Below are positions 61,302 to 64,000 of a stretch of 64,000 bases of DNA, one piece after another; the stretch's first letter is position 1, and each line of letters opens with the position of its first letter. Below the pieces are notes generated by a model. It was not told the origin of the DNA. It worked only from the letters and a program-made list of their open reading frames with translations, and made no database searches. Source of the DNA: Tetramitus jugosus (Eukaryota > Protista > Heterolobosea); the NCBI GenBank assembly GCA_937625935.1, contig OW569365.1, forward strand, positions 1 to 64,000. The letters run 5' to 3'. Made by a program: the position numbers and the translations under genes.

Positions 61302-62495
61302 TTATTGTGCACTCAAGAGCATCTGAGTCAAGAATTGTGTCTGATACTTCATTACATTCACGAGCACATCCGTAAGAACACCATTTGGTACTTGCCTCAA
61401 CAAGTGAGTCCGATAACCACTGTACAGAGACATCACGCCCTCTTGCTTCACCATCTTCACCAAACAATCAAAAGAATTGCTGTACGTTCCTTGCCTCCTC
61501 CATCCAGCAGCTCCCTTGAGCATCATTCTTCTCTTTGCTACTTCAAATGGATACAATACTGTTGTCACGAGACACCTCACGAGCAATTGACTAGCAAATT
61601 TGGTCCAATAGCCAGCAGATGCAGGCAAGAAGAGCTTTACTTTGGTGCCAAGTATCACATTCAAAAACGTTGATGACACCACAGAAAACAACGCAGCATC
61701 AATTCCCCTAAAGAATGCAGAGAAACCCTGACGATAATAAATCTGTGCTTCATACTTGTTCGTGCCATCAAACAAAAAGTGATACACGCGATCAAACCAC
61801 GTCTTCTCTGTTTGTTCTTTCTTCTTCTGTCCTTCACTGTTCATCTCCTCTTCCATGCTGTCCTCCAATGTTTCCAGATCCGTGATCATTCTCGTCTTTA
61901 TAACATCAAATGGATGAGCAACAACAGCACTCAACATGTTCAATGGCAGAATAATCATCGACGGGTGCGATACCAAGAGCTGTGTCCACCAACCTGACGA
62001 AGAAGAACTCTGTCGATAGTTTATCAACTTTTTTCGCCACAAACTCGTTATTTTTGATGCCAACATGAATCGCGTTACAATGACAGACAATGATCTCATT
62101 GTCTGACAAACAATTCCTGTGAAATGACCCGAAATACCTTGTTCCTCTGTCGTCTTTGCCAACAGTGCACCAATGGATTGTTTCGGATCGGAGAATAGTT
62201 TATAGTAGGACAATTTCTGTGCAGAAGGAGAATGATCAAATATTTCTCTAGTTGGACTGCTACGACTACTTATTGAATCTTTGTGCAGATCCTCATTGTC
62301 TTTATCTTCTTCGCTTCTTTCACCCAATTCTTTCATTGCCATCACTTGTCGGAGAATTGTGATGCGATCAATCGGTTGTAAAATGGTGTCAACGATGATC
62401 GATGGGATAATTTGGAGTGATGTGACAGTAATTGCGATGGCAAGGTAGGCATTCGCGTTATTGTTTGATTTGTTGGCGATCACTATCACTTCCAT
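61302..62495 (-). CDS. Mitochondrial carrier family (SLC25) protein, divergent
   Basis: Three Px[DE]xx[KR] signatures (QPIDRI, HPFDVIKTR, YPFEVAKRR) and three [EQ]G...[FY]xG motifs. Confidence 0.9.
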   Translation of the reverse strand: MEVIVIANKSNNNANAYLAIAITVTSLQIIPSIIVDTILQPIDRITILRQVMAMKELGERSEEDKDNEDLHKDSISSRSSPTREIFDHSPSAQKLSYYKLFSDPKQSIGALLAKTTEEQGISGHFTGIVCQTMRSLSVIVTRFMLASKITSLWRKKLINYRQSSSSSGWWTQLLVSHPSMIILPLNMLSAVVAHPFDVIKTRMITDLETLEDSMEEEMNSEGQKKKEQTEKTWFDRVYHFLFDGTNKYEAQIYYRQGFSAFFRGIDAALFSVVSSTFLNVILGTKVKLFLPASAGYWTKFASQLLVRCLVTTVLYPFEVAKRRMMLKGAAGWRRQGTYSNSFDCLVKMVKQEGVMSLYSGYRTHLLRQVPNGVLTDVLVNVMKYQTQFLTQMLLSAQ

Positions 62496-62664
62496 CTTGT
62501 TATTGTTGTTTACGTATTGTTTTTGTTGTTGTTTGATGGTGAAAATGTTTTGGCTGATTTCCGCTCTTTTTTCCACGATTGTTCAACAAAGAGCCAAAAA
62601 TAGAACGACGTACGAAAAAAACAAAAAACACTTGTTCTCTCTTAGCACAACAATATCAATAATC

Positions 62665-63367
62665 ATGGATCAATTCATTCATCAAATCAGAGGCCTATTC
62701 ATATTGGACAATGAAGGAAAGCGTCTCTTTTCAAAAGTTTACAACACCAATGCCACTACGACTACTACTCCTATTGCCCAAGATCACCTAGAAAGAACAT
62801 ATTTTGCAAAGACACAAAAATCGCAGAACCACGGTGAAGGTTTGTTTGATTGTTTTTTTGTTCGAACAAAAAGCTCTCACCAATAATAACATGTTGTCTG
62901 ACTGACTTTGATCTTTTCATTTTTTGCTTTTACAATGATCATGATGAAAATATTGGTTGAAAAATGGAAAAATAGTGGATATATTTATTATGGATAATCA
63001 AATTTGTGTGTTCAAGCAAGAAGTTGACTTGTTTTTCTATTTGTACGCTGATGCAGCAGAGAATGAACTTGTCATGAGTGAAGTGTTGAGTTCGTTGATT
63101 GATAGCTTACAACTCATTTTCCGCAGTCAATTGGAAAAGAGAACATTTTTGGAAAATTTTGATTTGATTGTGTTGACTGTGGATGAGGCGATCGATGAGG
63201 GGCTCATTATGGAAATTGATGCGCAAACGATTGCACAAAAAGTCGTGAGCACAGAAACTGGGTTGACTAATGCGATTGGTGGAGATGAAGCTGATGCACT
63301 GAATCAAGTGTTCCACAGTGCCAAGGAACAAGTCTCTGAGATTGCAAGCTCTCTATTCTCATTCTAA
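62665..63367 (+). CDS. COPZ1: Coatomer subunit zeta (intron 62840-62975)
   Basis: ILDNEGKRLFSKVY, FAKT, ENELVM, LEKRTFLENFDLIVLTVDE.IDEG.IME.D. Confidence 0.94.
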
Positions 63368-63620
63368 TATAATTAATCGTTAGCGGGAGAGAGAAACCCA
63401 GCAGGTGTTTCTATTCTGCTTTTATTTGTACCACCAAAAGAACTACTATTTGATTTACTTTTTATTAAAATATGTTGACGACGATCATGAGCCATCATGC
63501 TTTTTCACAGTGTGGCTTGGTGGTTGGTCACTTTGTTGTATCGGCATTTGCTAAGTTTGTTTAAGAAACACACTAAGACAGATGAAAAACTTGTATCGTT
63601 CTAAATCTTAATGTTTCATT

Positions 63621-64000
63621 TCACTCGTCATCTGACCCGGCATCTGAATGGTCATTTTCAGAGTAGTTTTCCCATCTTAAGTTTGCTGTTGTAATTGGTG
63701 GATGATTGCCCTTGCTGTCCACATCGTGAGGGAGTTCCTCTAAGAAGGCTTTGTATTCTTCAAGATCCTCCTTCTTGTTCAAGTCTAGAATCTTTCGAGG
63801 TGGGAAAGGCCATCGGATCACATCATAATCGAGTACCTGTGCTCTCTCTCTATCCTGACCAATCACGGAGCCATTGACCAACTTTGAGAATAGTTCAGCG
63901 TGGTTCATTTCTATAAAACGAATAATTTTGCTATGCACTGGATGAGTGATGTTACATACTTCCTTCAACGAGTGAAGAGTTTTATCAAACTCATGTCTGT
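63621..64000 (-). CDS. 3' end of a hypothetical protein (runs off window)
   Basis: Open frame from the window edge to the stop at 63621, with an acidic C-terminus. Confidence 0.55.
   Translation of the reverse strand, partial: RHEFDKTLHSLKEVCNITHPVHSKIIRFIEMNHAELFSKLVNGSVIGQDRERAQVLDYDVIRWPFPPRKILDLNKKEDLEEYKAFLEELPHDVDSKGNHPPITTANLRWENYSENDHSDAGSDDE

Overview
Left end of a eukaryotic chromosome. About 118 copies of a (CCCAAA)n telomere repeat (G-strand TTTGGG) run to 889. Next is a ~1.9-kb non-coding subtelomere built from degenerate modules; two of them are homologous multi-hairpin units that end in C-strand telomere-like tails. Then comes a decayed APE-type non-LTR retrotransposon on the minus strand (2xRRM-like ORF1, EN-RT ORF2). 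Its RT is cut off exactly at a telomere-like tract, and its ORF1 start lies 75 nt upstream of a divergently oriented, intron-containing tRNA-Glu gene. A TA-flanked MITE and a heavily mutated NHL/EGF receptor-kinase pseudogene complete the ~11-kb unstable zone. From ~11.2 kb inward the window is a compact, intron-poor gene array in the standard genetic code: a secreted LRR protein, F-box/ankyrin, Kelch-SAM, PAM18, LysRS, GPN1, RGS-START, a POT transporter, ARM-hSac2, CFAP96, two RCC1 proteins, COPB2, tRNA-Gly, WDR35/IFT121, COQ8, POP4, a GCP5-like protein, a mitochondrial carrier and zeta-COP. The gene families suggest a flagellate-capable, Naegleria-like (heterolobosean) protist; this is inference. 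All protein calls are by motif recognition and no searches were run.
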